DNA from: an uncultured Planctomycetia bacterium
GTDB taxonomy: Bacteria > Omnitrophota > Gorgyraeia > Tantalellales > Tantalellaceae
Reading direction: 5' to 3'
Length of the DNA stretch: 64,000 nt
Assembly (NCBI GenBank): GCA_964421015.1
Contig: CAYQUS010000001.1
Span: forward strand, 236,726 to 300,725
Part shown: positions 38,535 through 49,278 of the stretch, piece after piece
Numbering within the stretch: the first letter of the stretch is position 1
Layout of the letters: each line of letters starts with the position of its first letter
Translations under genes and position numbers: made by a program
The notes under the pieces: model-generated
What the model was told of the DNA's origin: nothing
The model's database searches: none
Seen by the model: the letters and a program-made list of their open reading frames with translations, nothing else

Positions 38535-39716
38535 TTATTTGTCGTTAAGCGCGGCTATTCCGGGAAGCTCCTTGCCCTCTAGATATTCCAGAGAAGCTCC
38601 TCCTCCCGTGGACATATGCGACATTTTTCCGCCGAGTTTAAGAAGGTTCACGGCCGCGGCTGTGTCTCCTCCCCCGATCACGGTAGTTGCCTCAAGTCCG
38701 GCTATGAATTTGGCAAGGCTCCTGGTCCCTTTAGAGAAAGGTTTCATCTCAAAAAGCCCTACCGGCCCGTTCCACACGATGGTCCTGGATTCCGCAAGTA
38801 TAGCCTCGTAACTTTTAATTGTTTTCGGTCCTATATCCAGCCCTATCCACCCGTCCGGTATATGTTCGTCTTTTGTAACCTTACGCTTCGCGGTTTCTTT
38901 AACTTCCCGGGCTATTACATGGTCTACGGGAAGAAAAATACTTACTCCCTTGGCGCTGGCCAGAGTGAATATCCTGTTCACGGTCTCCATCATATCGTCT
39001 TCCACTCTTGAGGCGCCTATCCCTTTTAACCTGGACTTAAGGAAGGTATATGCCATCGCGCCTCCTATAAGAAGGTACTCGATCTTGTCCAGCATGTTCT
39101 CTATGACCGGTATCTTATCGGCCACCTTGGCCCCTCCGAGAAGAAGAGCAAAAGGTTTATCCGGTTCTTTTGTGACCTTTTCGAAATACTGTATCTCCTT
39201 TTCCACAAGAAAACCGGCCGCGCTCGGCAAATACTTGGTGACCCCTTCCGTCGAGGCGTGGGCCCTGTGGCATGTGCCGAAAGCGTCGTTGACGAAAACG
39301 TCTCCCAGTGACGCCAGCTCTCTGGCGAACTCGGGATCGTTCTTTGTCTCCTCCTTGTGAAAACGCAGGTTCTCGAGAAGGACCACATCTCCGTTTTTCA
39401 TTCCGTCCACGGCCGCCTTGACGGCGGGACCGACACAGTCATCAAGTTTCTTAACGTCTTTCTTGAGAAGTTCTGACAACCTGGCGGCTACAGGGGAAAG
39501 CGAAAATTCCGGTTTAACTTCTCCTTTGGGTCTTCCCATGTGGCTCATCAGAATAACTTTCGCCCCTTCTTTGAGAGCGTATTTGATAGAGGGCACAGCC
39601 GCTTTTATCCTGCTGTCATCCGTTATTTTCCTGTTCTCATCAAGCGGGACGTTGAAATCGACCCTCATCAGAACCTTTTTGCCTTTCAGTTCCAGGTCTC
39701 TAAGCGTTTTCTTCAT
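38535..39716 (-). CDS. pgk: Phosphoglycerate kinase. The start is at the ATG preceded by a GGAGGTG SD; the track ORF runs to 39797.
   Basis: VLMRVDFNVPLDE N-terminal motif. Confidence 0.93.
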   Translation of the reverse strand: MKKTLRDLELKGKKVLMRVDFNVPLDENRKITDDSRIKAAVPSIKYALKEGAKVILMSHMGRPKGEVKPEFSLSPVAARLSELLKKDVKKLDDCVGPAVKAAVDGMKNGDVVLLENLRFHKEETKNDPEFARELASLGDVFVNDAFGTCHRAHASTEGVTKYLPSAAGFLVEKEIQYFEKVTKEPDKPFALLLGGAKVADKIPVIENMLDKIEYLLIGGAMAYTFLKSRLKGIGASRVEDDMMETVNRIFTLASAKGVSIFLPVDHVIAREVKETAKRKVTKDEHIPDGWIGLDIGPKTIKSYEAILAESRTIVWNGPVGLFEMKPFSKGTRSLAKFIAGLEATTVIGGGDTAAAVNLLKLGGKMSHMSTGGGASLEYLEGKELPGIAALNDK

Positions 39717-39808
39717 CGGCACCTCCATCTCTCCGTCAGAACCTTCAAGATAAACAAAGTATCGGGTACGTCCACTTGGGCCGTACCCGATACTCACAAA
39801 AAGCTGTT

Positions 39809-40843
<1,035 letters not shown>

Positions 40844-40876
40844 TCAAAAAACGCACATGCCGTTTTTTGAGCTTGT

Positions 40877-40905
40877 ATTATATATCCTGGGGACATAACG
40901 TTCAA
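40877..40905 (-). promoter_or_regulatory. Near-consensus sigma70 promoter TTGAAC, 17 nt, TATAAT for gap-pgk-tpiA-secG.
   Basis: Read directly. An AAGGAGGAAG SD lies before the gap ATG. Confidence 0.5.
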
Positions 40906-40935
40906 CTGTTTTTTAGGTATTTTTGGGTCCGGAAG

Positions 40936-42027
40936 TTACCTGCCCCGGAAGAGCTCGAGTATACGTCTTGAGGAGGAATCCCACGAAAAAAATCCGGCTC
41001 TTTCCTTTCCCTTCGATATAAGGGAGTCGCTGAGCTCTTTATCAGACAGGACCTTCCGTATGGCCGCGGCAAGGCCCTCGGGGTCTCGCGGATCAAAGGT
41101 AAGCGCGGCATCCGAGGCTATTTCGGCGCAGCTGGATACCGCGGAGGTCACGACCGGTGTCCCTGCGGCGAAAGCTTCCAGAATGGGAAAACCGAACCCT
41201 TCGTACAACGAAGGATAAACAAAACAGTCGGCGGCGCTGTAAAAACGGTTTAGCTCATAGCTCGGAACGTAGCCCGTGAACAACACTTCCCTGTCAAGTC
41301 CCGCCTGGGATACCAGCCTTGAAGTATCTTCTGCCCACTTCCCCCGGGCTCCCGTCAAGACCAGCCTGTGCGGAAAATGAAAACGGGCTTTAAGTATCCT
41401 GAAAGCTTCAACGAGACAAGGCATGTTCTTCCGGGGATCCATCCCTCCGGAATAAAGCAGGAATTTCTCATGAATTCCGTACGCAGCCCCCAAAGAATTA
41501 AGGGCGTCCTTTTTCTCCATGGCTTTAAAGGACTCGTCCCTGCCCGGATATATCACCTCTACCCGCGGTTTACAGTCCGGGAACATACGTTCTATATCCT
41601 TTTTGGTATTCTCAGAGTCAGCTATAACGGCCTTGCTCTCGCGAAAAACCCTTCTCAATTCACCGTCCAGCCCCTTCAGGTAATCCTCGGAATAACCGTG
41701 TGGGAACATTAAAGGCACAAGATCATGCACTGTTGTGAAAAGCCTGTAAGACCTGCTCGAAGGGATATCGTAGCTTGATGTGTGCACTACATCCGCTCCG
41801 CTTAGAGCGGACCTGGGGTCAAAAGACATCCTGTCCACCTTATGCCTGAAATTCCCGGCGGGCAGCGGCCATAACCGCCTTTTGAAATCAAAGGGACGTA
41901 TGTAGCTGTAAAGAAGATACTGGCTGTCTTTGTCCGCCCGCGCAAGAGCGTTAACAAGGCCGAAGGTATAGTTGCCTATACCTGTCCTTTTTTTTAGGGT
42001 CGAACGAATATCTATCGCTATTTTCAT
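40936..42027 (-). CDS. Glycosyltransferase family 4 (GT1_like, group 1)
   Basis: 363 aa with GT-B fold hallmarks and a C-terminal EX7E-like region. Confidence 0.75.
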   Translation of the reverse strand: MKIAIDIRSTLKKRTGIGNYTFGLVNALARADKDSQYLLYSYIRPFDFKRRLWPLPAGNFRHKVDRMSFDPRSALSGADVVHTSSYDIPSSRSYRLFTTVHDLVPLMFPHGYSEDYLKGLDGELRRVFRESKAVIADSENTKKDIERMFPDCKPRVEVIYPGRDESFKAMEKKDALNSLGAAYGIHEKFLLYSGGMDPRKNMPCLVEAFRILKARFHFPHRLVLTGARGKWAEDTSRLVSQAGLDREVLFTGYVPSYELNRFYSAADCFVYPSLYEGFGFPILEAFAAGTPVVTSAVSSCAEIASDAALTFDPRDPEGLAAAIRKVLSDKELSDSLISKGKERAGFFSWDSSSRRILELFRGR

Positions 42028-42036
42028 GCGTGTTCC

Positions 42037-42972
42037 TCACTCAAATATCTTACCGGCAATATCCCTGTGTCCCAGCAGGAATTCGTCGGAGGTCATGGCT
42101 TTCTTCCCCTCAAGCTGAAGCCTTCCTATCCTCAGCGCCCCTTCTCCGGCAACTACGATCAGCTTGGATCCAGATACTACCGCTTCACCCGGCCTGAGAT
42201 TTCCGTCGGGAACTTCACAGACAGCCGCCTGCAGTATCTTTAGGACTTTTCCCCCCATGTAGGTGTACGCGCCGGGCCATGGTTCCATACCCCGTACTTT
42301 GAGAGCTATCTTTTGCGCGGATGTATTCCAGTCCACTTTCCCCTCGGATTTCTCAAGCTTGGGCGCATAGGTAGCCTTCGTCTCATCCTGGGGGATAAAA
42401 TCAGCCCTGCCGTCGGCCAACATATCTACTGCTTTAAGCACGAGAGACGCGCCCCTGGCAGAAAGCTTCGTTTCGACAGTTTCAGCGGTATCGTATTCCC
42501 CCACATCCATCTGGTCCTGGATCATTATGTCCCCAGCGTCCATACGTTCATTCATCCTTATTACAGTGTTGCCGGTAACCTTATCTCCGTTAATAATGGC
42601 GCGATTTACCGGGGCTGCCCCTCTGTAAAGAGGCAAAAGTGACGGGTGCAGATTTATGCAGCACTTCGAGGGTATGGCCAGGACCTCTTTAGTCAGTATC
42701 CTTCCGTAATCTACCACTACAAAAATATCGGCGTTGAGGCTTTTAAGGTTTTCCACTACTCCATTGTCGGAAAGTTTTTCCGGCTGCAGAACCGTGAGTC
42801 CCGGAACTGTTTTCTCGACTATGTCTTTTACGGGCGTTGGCGTAACGTTCCATCCCCTTCCCTGACGGACATCAGGACGCGTAACCGCCGCGGCAACCCC
42901 GTACTTGCTTGACACAAGAGCCTTCAAAGTCGGTATCCCGAATTTTCCTGTCCCGAAAAACACTATCCGCAT
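42037..42972 (-). CDS. fmt: Methionyl-tRNA formyltransferase
   Basis: 311 aa. MRIVFFGTGKFGIPTL and a C-terminal Fmt domain. Confidence 0.92.
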   Translation of the reverse strand: MRIVFFGTGKFGIPTLKALVSSKYGVAAAVTRPDVRQGRGWNVTPTPVKDIVEKTVPGLTVLQPEKLSDNGVVENLKSLNADIFVVVDYGRILTKEVLAIPSKCCINLHPSLLPLYRGAAPVNRAIINGDKVTGNTVIRMNERMDAGDIMIQDQMDVGEYDTAETVETKLSARGASLVLKAVDMLADGRADFIPQDETKATYAPKLEKSEGKVDWNTSAQKIALKVRGMEPWPGAYTYMGGKVLKILQAAVCEVPDGNLRPGEAVVSGSKLIVVAGEGALRIGRLQLEGKKAMTSDEFLLGHRDIAGKIFE

Positions 42973-42984
42973 GCGTCCTTCACC

Positions 42985-43046
42985 TTCCCTCTTTCCACTT
43001 CCTACTTTTTACTTCCTACTTCCTACTTCCTACTTTCTACTTCTAC
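42985..43046. repeat. Tandem heptamer micro-repeat (TTCCTAC)n on the plus strand, GTAGGAA on the minus strand. About 8-9 partly degenerate copies in the priA-fmt intergenic leader.
   Basis: Read directly: ttcctac tttttac ttcctac ttcctac ttcctac tttctac ttctac. Confidence 0.8.
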
Positions 43047-43068
43047 TCATCCACCCCATCCCCTATAC

Positions 43069-45063
43069 TCAAAGCGTCATCGGGTCCACGTCAACCGACA
43101 TAAATACCCCGGAAGCTTTCCTAAAACCCTTTAGTCCGGCTCTCAGTTTCTCCACCATTTCAGGCCTTGAAGAACATTTTATCAGAATATTCCATCTGTA
43201 AAAGCCCCGCAGCTTGACCATCGGAGACGGAACCGGCCCTATCATATCTATCCCGGGTATTCTCTTCCCGAGAAGAACGGCCAGATTTTCCGAAAATTTA
43301 ATGGCATTTTCCTCTATCCTTGACCGTATGGTCAGTTTGACTATGTTCCTGAACGGCGGGAACCCCAGCTCCCTCCTTGAATGTATCTCCTCGGAATAAA
43401 AAGCGCCGTAATCATGCTTTGAAGCCATCTTTATCGCGTAATTGTCCGGAGTAAAGGTCTGCACCACTACTTCTCCCCCCAGATCTCCCCTTCCGGCCCT
43501 TCCGGCAACCTGCGTTATCAGGTTAAATGTCCTCTCGCCGCTCCTGAAGTCCGGAAGATTGAGATTAGCGTCCGCCGAAACCACACCTACAAGAGTAACC
43601 TTGGGAAAATCAAAACCTTTAGCTATCATCTGAGTGCCCACTATTACGTCTATCTTGTGGTTCTTAAAATCCGACAGCAGCCTGTCATGAGAACCTCTCT
43701 TGGACATGGTATCGGAATCCATCCTGGCTATCCTGGCGGAGGGAAGTATTTTCTTAAGCTCGCCTTCCACCTTTTCGGTGCCGGTTCCTTTGTACATCAA
43801 ATAATCCGAATTACAAGAGGGGCATATTTTCGCGGGTTTTTCACGATATCCGCAATGATGGCATAAGAGTTCCCCTCTGGTCTCGTGGTACACAAGTGGA
43901 GAATCGCATCTGCGGCACTTAAGCACGAACCCGCAGGCGCGGCACACAACAAAAGTCGAGAAACCCCGCCTGTTCAGGAATATTAGAGCCTGTTGCCCCT
44001 TGGATATGTCCTTTTTGAGAGCTTCGGCCAGCACGCTCGATATGACCTTCTTCCCGGTCCTGGTTTCCATCTCCATACGCATGTCCACAAGTCTTACCCT
44101 GGGAAGCTCTTTTTCTTTTATCCGCTGAGTAAGTTCCACAAGCCTGTATTCCCCGCTTAGAGCCTTATGGTAAGATTCCAGGCTGGGAGTCGCGCTTCCC
44201 AATATTACAGGAATACCAGCTGCCCTGGCCCGCTCTATAGCCACTTCCCTGGCGTGGTACCTCGGAACATCATCCTGTTTGTAGCTGGGTTCGTGTTCCT
44301 CGTCTATGATGAATATCCCCGGATCCTTAAAAGGGCTGAAAACGGCGGACCTGGGGCCCACGACCACACTGGCTTCTCCCTTTTTTATCTTTTTCCATTC
44401 CACGAACCTGGCGCTTTCCAGCATCTTGGAGTGGAATACCGCCACATTTTCTCCGAAACGAGACTTGAAACTTTCCACGGTCTGAGGCGTCAGGGATATC
44501 TCCGGAACCAGTATAACCGCCGATCTGCCTTTTGAAAGTACCTTTTGAGCGGTCTGAAGATATATTTCTGTCTTACCGCTTCCTGTTATCCCGTGGAGAA
44601 GGAAAACTTCATGCCTTCTTTCGTCAAGACACCGTATCACGCTTTCAAGCACGGCTTTCTGTTCGGCGTTCGGTTCATGAGGCCGCGTAGCCGCGACAGG
44701 TACTTGCTCTTCCTTTATCCTGGACTGGGAAGATACCCTCCCGTGTTTCAGTACTCCGGGTATCATCGCTTCAAGAGCCTCTCCCCATGAGCAGAAGTAA
44801 TTGTCCTTCATCCACCGGGCAAGATCTATCATAGCGCTGTCAAAAACGGGTTCCTCGTCTATCACATCAATGAGGTCTTTCGGGCTGTCGACTACCGGCT
44901 TCTCTTCAACACCGACAATGTAGCCAACTCTCCTGGAACTTCCGAAAGAAATATAAACCCTTTTCCCGATTTCCGCGCTAAAAGCGGTCTTATCCGGAAC
45001 CCTGTACTGGAAAGTACTGTCTATGGGAAGGCCCGTTGCTACCTCTACATACCGCTCTTTCAT
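43069..45063 (-). CDS. priA: Primosomal protein N' (replication restart helicase). The start is taken at the internal ATG giving MKERYVEVATGLP, which avoids a 73-nt overlap with udg. The track ORF runs to 45165.
   Basis: DEAD-like helicase motifs and the Cys-rich zinc-binding insert CRACGFV...CHHCGY...CPSC. Confidence 0.9.
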   Translation of the reverse strand: MKERYVEVATGLPIDSTFQYRVPDKTAFSAEIGKRVYISFGSSRRVGYIVGVEEKPVVDSPKDLIDVIDEEPVFDSAMIDLARWMKDNYFCSWGEALEAMIPGVLKHGRVSSQSRIKEEQVPVAATRPHEPNAEQKAVLESVIRCLDERRHEVFLLHGITGSGKTEIYLQTAQKVLSKGRSAVILVPEISLTPQTVESFKSRFGENVAVFHSKMLESARFVEWKKIKKGEASVVVGPRSAVFSPFKDPGIFIIDEEHEPSYKQDDVPRYHAREVAIERARAAGIPVILGSATPSLESYHKALSGEYRLVELTQRIKEKELPRVRLVDMRMEMETRTGKKVISSVLAEALKKDISKGQQALIFLNRRGFSTFVVCRACGFVLKCRRCDSPLVYHETRGELLCHHCGYREKPAKICPSCNSDYLMYKGTGTEKVEGELKKILPSARIARMDSDTMSKRGSHDRLLSDFKNHKIDVIVGTQMIAKGFDFPKVTLVGVVSADANLNLPDFRSGERTFNLITQVAGRAGRGDLGGEVVVQTFTPDNYAIKMASKHDYGAFYSEEIHSRRELGFPPFRNIVKLTIRSRIEENAIKFSENLAVLLGKRIPGIDMIGPVPSPMVKLRGFYRWNILIKCSSRPEMVEKLRAGLKGFRKASGVFMSVDVDPMTL

Positions 45064-45092
45064 GCCTTGTCTTGACTCCCCTGCTGCGTGTT

Positions 45093-45791
45093 CTATTTTT
45101 TCCCTTTTTCCCGCGCTGGTATTTTTATGCCAAGCTCGGAAGCTATCGCCTTCATATCCTGCCATACTTCCTTCTTGCTCGCGGGATTCCTAAGAAGATA
45201 CGCCGGATGGTACGTCGGCATAAGCTTCACCCCGTTATAGTCGTGAAACTTACCTCTTAGTTCGCTGATAGGTATCTCGGTGTTAAGGAGCGTCTGAGCC
45301 GCAAACTTCCCCAGCGCGCAGATAACTTTGGGATTTATGGCTCTTATCTGGGACATGAGATACGAAGAACACTTCTCTATCTCATCCGGCAGGGGGTTCC
45401 TGTTTTCCGGCGGACGGCACTTTAATATGTTGGCTATATAAACGTCCTCTCTTTTAAGCCCCATGGCTTCAATTATGCCCGTTAAAAGTTTACCGGCTTT
45501 ACCCACAAAAGGTTTTCCCTGCAGGTCTTCATCCCTGCCGGGAGCTTCTCCCACGAACATAAGACCCGCCTTAAAATTACCTTCCCCGAATACCGTATTT
45601 GTCCTGGTTTTAGAAAGCCCGCAAAGTTCGCAAACAGAAACTTCCTTCCGGATAGGCGCCAGAGCATCGGTTCCCGAAGAGCATTTTGCTGCCGGCTTAT
45701 GCGGAGCCCCGTTTTCCCCAGCGTAGATCTCACCAACCCCGGCCATGATCTCCGAATCCGCTATCTGTCTTAAAGATCTGACTACGTTCAC
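45093..45791 (-). CDS. Uracil-DNA glycosylase, family 4 (4Fe-4S type)
   Basis: 232 aa. GEAPG motif (MFVGEAPGRDEDLQGKPFVGKAG) and ILKCRPPENRNP. Confidence 0.88.
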   Translation of the reverse strand: MNVVRSLRQIADSEIMAGVGEIYAGENGAPHKPAAKCSSGTDALAPIRKEVSVCELCGLSKTRTNTVFGEGNFKAGLMFVGEAPGRDEDLQGKPFVGKAGKLLTGIIEAMGLKREDVYIANILKCRPPENRNPLPDEIEKCSSYLMSQIRAINPKVICALGKFAAQTLLNTEIPISELRGKFHDYNGVKLMPTYHPAYLLRNPASKKEVWQDMKAIASELGIKIPAREKGKK

Positions 45792-45794
45792 TTT

Positions 45795-46928
45795 TTACCC
45801 TCCTATGGATTTCAGTACCTCTTCGGCTATATCGCAGGCAGAATCAGGTTTACTTACGGCCGAAAGGCTCTTCTTGAACCCGGAGTACGAAACCTCCGAT
45901 CCCAGCATACTATCGGCCAGAAGAGGGATGTCCTTTATTGTACGGGCTATCACCGCGGCTCCGGCTGAAGTGAGGAACTTTTCGTTCCATGTCTCCTGCC
46001 CCGGGATAGACCCGTAAAATATCATCGGCAGCGCCGTGACCATAGCCTCCGTCACGCTTATACCTCCGGCCTTGGTTATCATAATATCGGAAATGGCCAT
46101 AAGTTCAGCCACTTTATCGGTAAACCCGAAAAGTTTTACCGGATAATTCAGCGAAAAAGACACAATTTCAAGCTGCTTCCTTAGTTCTTTGTTGTGTCCG
46201 CAAACAGCTATGACCTGAATATCGGTGCGGCATTTTTTCATTTCCAGAAGCATTTTACCCACGGGCCCCACACCGAACCCGCCGCTCATTATAAAGACCG
46301 TTTTCCTCTCGTCATCAAGGCCGTACTTCTTTTTAAGGACTTCACGCGGTTGTTCCTCACGGAATTCTTTGGTGGTAGGTATGCCCGTCACAATGACCTT
46401 TTCCTGAGAGATGCCTTTTCTTATAAGTTCCGACCTTACCCATTCCGACCCTGCGAAATAAGTGTTTACGCAACCTGAGAGCCAGTAAGAATGGGGACCA
46501 TAGTCCGTGACCACCGCGAATATCCTGGACCTGAGACCCCTTTGCCTGAGTATACAGGCTATACTGGGCACCAGAAAATGTGTAGCCACCACGGCGTCGG
46601 GATCCTCTTTCATGAGCATATCCCCGAAACCAGGCACGCCCCGCTGATCCATGCGGGACCTTATTTTCCTCGTAAGGATATCGAACAGCCGGAGATCGGA
46701 AACATAGAACATGAAAGCCCACAGCCACTTCGCCTTCTTCATCAGAAAAACATAAAAATCAAGATACAGGAACCTGTAAGCGCGGCTCGCGTATTCCATT
46801 ATGTCAACGGTTTTTACTTCGCATCCCGCCCCTACGGACTTTATAACGCTTTCTACGGCGAGCGCCGCTTTTTTGTGGCCCATTCCCGCCGTAGAATAAA
46901 CAAGAATGACTTTTTTTCTGTAGGTCAT
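45795..46928 (-). CDS. UgtP/MGDG-synthase-like diacylglycerol glycosyltransferase (GT28)
   Basis: 377 aa. Aligns with B. subtilis UgtP (MITKAGGISVTEA...GQE). Confidence 0.8.
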   Translation of the reverse strand: MTYRKKVILVYSTAGMGHKKAALAVESVIKSVGAGCEVKTVDIMEYASRAYRFLYLDFYVFLMKKAKWLWAFMFYVSDLRLFDILTRKIRSRMDQRGVPGFGDMLMKEDPDAVVATHFLVPSIACILRQRGLRSRIFAVVTDYGPHSYWLSGCVNTYFAGSEWVRSELIRKGISQEKVIVTGIPTTKEFREEQPREVLKKKYGLDDERKTVFIMSGGFGVGPVGKMLLEMKKCRTDIQVIAVCGHNKELRKQLEIVSFSLNYPVKLFGFTDKVAELMAISDIMITKAGGISVTEAMVTALPMIFYGSIPGQETWNEKFLTSAGAAVIARTIKDIPLLADSMLGSEVSYSGFKKSLSAVSKPDSACDIAEEVLKSIGG

Positions 46929-47482
46929 GACCCCTCCAATACGGCTTTAACGGCAAGCTCGAAATTTTCGGCAACTATATCGGGGCGAACTACCCAGCCG
47001 GGAACGTCTTTCCTTGAAGATTTCCCGGAAAGAACAAGTATGGTCTTAAGCCCTACGCTCTTGCCCGCTACAATATCCCTTTCCGAATCCCCTATAAAAT
47101 ACTTTCCGGAAAACGTATCGATATTAAACATTTTTTTAGCCTGGAGTAACAGTCCCGTCTTTGGTTTTCGGCAGTCGCAGTTATCCTCGTCAAGATGAGG
47201 ACAATAGAATACCCCGTCCACTTTCCCTCCGCCTTTTTCCACGGCATCCTTCATTTTACGCGTAAGAGAATCCAGTTCTTCGGTAGTTACGATACCTTTG
47301 CCCACACATTTCTGATTAGAGATTATGATCGTCTTGTACCCCGCCTCCTTAAGTGCTTTGAACCCCGGGATCACCCCCGGCAGGAAGTCGAAGTCCTCCC
47401 ACCTTGTGACATAACTATGCTCGGTCCGCCCTGCCCCGTCCCTGTTTATCACACCGTCTCTGTCTATAAAAACATACTTCAC
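46925..47482 (-). CDS. gmhB: D-glycero-D-manno-heptose 1,7-bisphosphate phosphatase (HAD-IIIA)
   Basis: 185 aa. DRDGVIN motif and the CxC zinc motif (CDCRKPKTG). Confidence 0.85.
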   Translation of the reverse strand: MKYVFIDRDGVINRDGAGRTEHSYVTRWEDFDFLPGVIPGFKALKEAGYKTIIISNQKCVGKGIVTTEELDSLTRKMKDAVEKGGGKVDGVFYCPHLDEDNCDCRKPKTGLLLQAKKMFNIDTFSGKYFIGDSERDIVAGKSVGLKTILVLSGKSSRKDVPGWVVRPDIVAENFELAVKAVLEGS

Positions 47483-48873
47483 TATTCCCGCCTCCCCCGC
47501 CTGGAACTTTCCACGTCATCAAAAAGCAGGAATCCCATAAGCGCGGCGGCCGCCCCGGAAAAGTGAAGCATAAAACGCGATATGGTCGTGTTAACGTAAA
47601 AGTACAGATTTTCTCCGGTCATAAGCATGTATCCGGTGAAATAGGCCGCCGCTGAAAAACACATGAAAAACCGGAGATAAAAAACCTCGTTGCCGCACGT
47701 TTTTTTTCTTTTCCATATCAGGGACCCGAAGAATATTATCCAGAATATGTTCCACTTTTTAGGGCCGAATACTTCCTGCTGAAAAAGATCGAGAAGAGCT
47801 GGTATTTCTTTTACGTTCTCAAGCACTCTTGAAAAAGTCAGGCTCATGAGGTCAAGATCGCTGTTTGCGGCGGCGCTGTTGAGTTTTACCAGGAACCACG
47901 GGAGCGAGATAGCGGCCATAAGAGCCAGCGCGCCGGAAGCCTGGCTAAGCGCTTTTCTGCGAGCGTCAGCCTGTGACCTTAAAATAAAGACCCCTACCGC
48001 CGCGGCGAAAACACCCGCGAAAACAATGGCCTCGTTCTTGATCCACAGCGATGAAGCCATCATGAAGGAGGACAGCATAAGATCAAAACCCGAATGGCTC
48101 CTTGTATAGCTAACGAAGTAAAGCAGCCCTATGGTAACGAAAGCCGTAAGCACAAGATCGGCGTGTATTATCGTAGCATAATCCGTCATCTGCGGTATGG
48201 TAGCCAGAAAAAAAGCCGCAAGTATCGCGTAAGCCGGGTTGAACAACTTTTTCATCAGAGAAAAGAACACCATTATGAACCCGGTATAAAAAAGAGGCAT
48301 TATAAGCCTCACCGTTACGTCATTAAACCCCGTGAACGCGTAAACCCACGTCATAACAAGCGGCAGGAATACGGGATAGTCGGGATGCGCGACAGTGGCC
48401 TCCCTCCAGCCGAAAAAACCGGAAGGTATGCCCGATGAGAAGAAAAATATCTTGGCTTTAAGAGCGTAATTAGCCACGGCATCATGCGAGTGCACGGGCG
48501 CCGGCAGCGTCCTAAGGAACACCCACAATATCTGCATCACTATACCGCAAAAGAAAAGTTTTTCGGCCAGGCCCCATTCCGAGGAACTTGCCTCCCTGGA
48601 CAGAATATCCCCCACCCTGTAAGGTTTGGCCATATACCTTGAGGATAGCATGATAAAAAACAAAGCGGGTATGGCTATGAGGTTAGTGACCTCGAACCTC
48701 ACGCCCATAAAACTGTAGAAGAACAACAGAAAAACCGCCAGAACAGAACCCGTAAGGAACGACATCCCGGCAAATTCCGGCAGAGAGAAGGTATATCCGG
48801 CCCTCCCGGCCCCATATACCAGTAAAGCCGCGCCCATCACCCATATAGCGCAGACCGGCACGATAAAATTCAT
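47482..48873 (-). CDS. Polytopic integral membrane protein of unknown function, possibly a GT-C-type glycosyltransferase
   Basis: 463 aa with many hydrophobic helices. No specific motif recognised by eye. It is translationally coupled to its neighbours. Confidence 0.55.
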   Translation of the reverse strand: MNFIVPVCAIWVMGAALLVYGAGRAGYTFSLPEFAGMSFLTGSVLAVFLLFFYSFMGVRFEVTNLIAIPALFFIMLSSRYMAKPYRVGDILSREASSSEWGLAEKLFFCGIVMQILWVFLRTLPAPVHSHDAVANYALKAKIFFFSSGIPSGFFGWREATVAHPDYPVFLPLVMTWVYAFTGFNDVTVRLIMPLFYTGFIMVFFSLMKKLFNPAYAILAAFFLATIPQMTDYATIIHADLVLTAFVTIGLLYFVSYTRSHSGFDLMLSSFMMASSLWIKNEAIVFAGVFAAAVGVFILRSQADARRKALSQASGALALMAAISLPWFLVKLNSAAANSDLDLMSLTFSRVLENVKEIPALLDLFQQEVFGPKKWNIFWIIFFGSLIWKRKKTCGNEVFYLRFFMCFSAAAYFTGYMLMTGENLYFYVNTTISRFMLHFSGAAAALMGFLLFDDVESSRRGRRE

Positions 48874-49277
48874 ACTCCGCCCTCCCTGACATATATCGTC
48901 CCCTTCCCGTCAAGCGAAGCGAACTTTTTGTAGCCTTCCGGAGCGGGCCCGTCGGAACCGTACGCTATTATAAAATCGGGAGACTTGTCGGTACGATAAA
49001 GCGGCCAAAGATAGTACCTTGAACGCACTTCCTTTATGGAGAATTTCTCGAACCCCGTTATATCGTATGTGGAACCCGCAGGTATCCTGGCGGAACAGAA
49101 GATAAGAAAATCCGCAAGATCGTCTCCCAGAAGATGCCTCACCTTTCCGCTGTACTCCGAAGAGTAGAAACGGATAAGGTCCTCATACTGCCCCTTCTTA
49201 CCCTGCCTTACGACAAAAACCGCCCAAAGCGCTAGCCACACACATAAAAGTATCCTCAAGACAAACCGGACAGCCAT
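48870..49277 (-). CDS. Hypothetical protein, N-terminally membrane-anchored
   Basis: 135 aa with one N-terminal TM helix, ATGA-coupled to the downstream gene. No recognisable family. Confidence 0.5.
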   Translation of the reverse strand: MAVRFVLRILLCVWLALWAVFVVRQGKKGQYEDLIRFYSSEYSGKVRHLLGDDLADFLIFCSARIPAGSTYDITGFEKFSIKEVRSRYYLWPLYRTDKSPDFIIAYGSDGPAPEGYKKFASLDGKGTIYVREGGV

Positions 49278-49278
49278 G

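Noticed and set aside
48683-48913. 76-aa minus-strand ORF
   Set aside because: It is out-of-frame and overlaps the coupled junction of the 463-aa membrane protein and the 135-aa protein.
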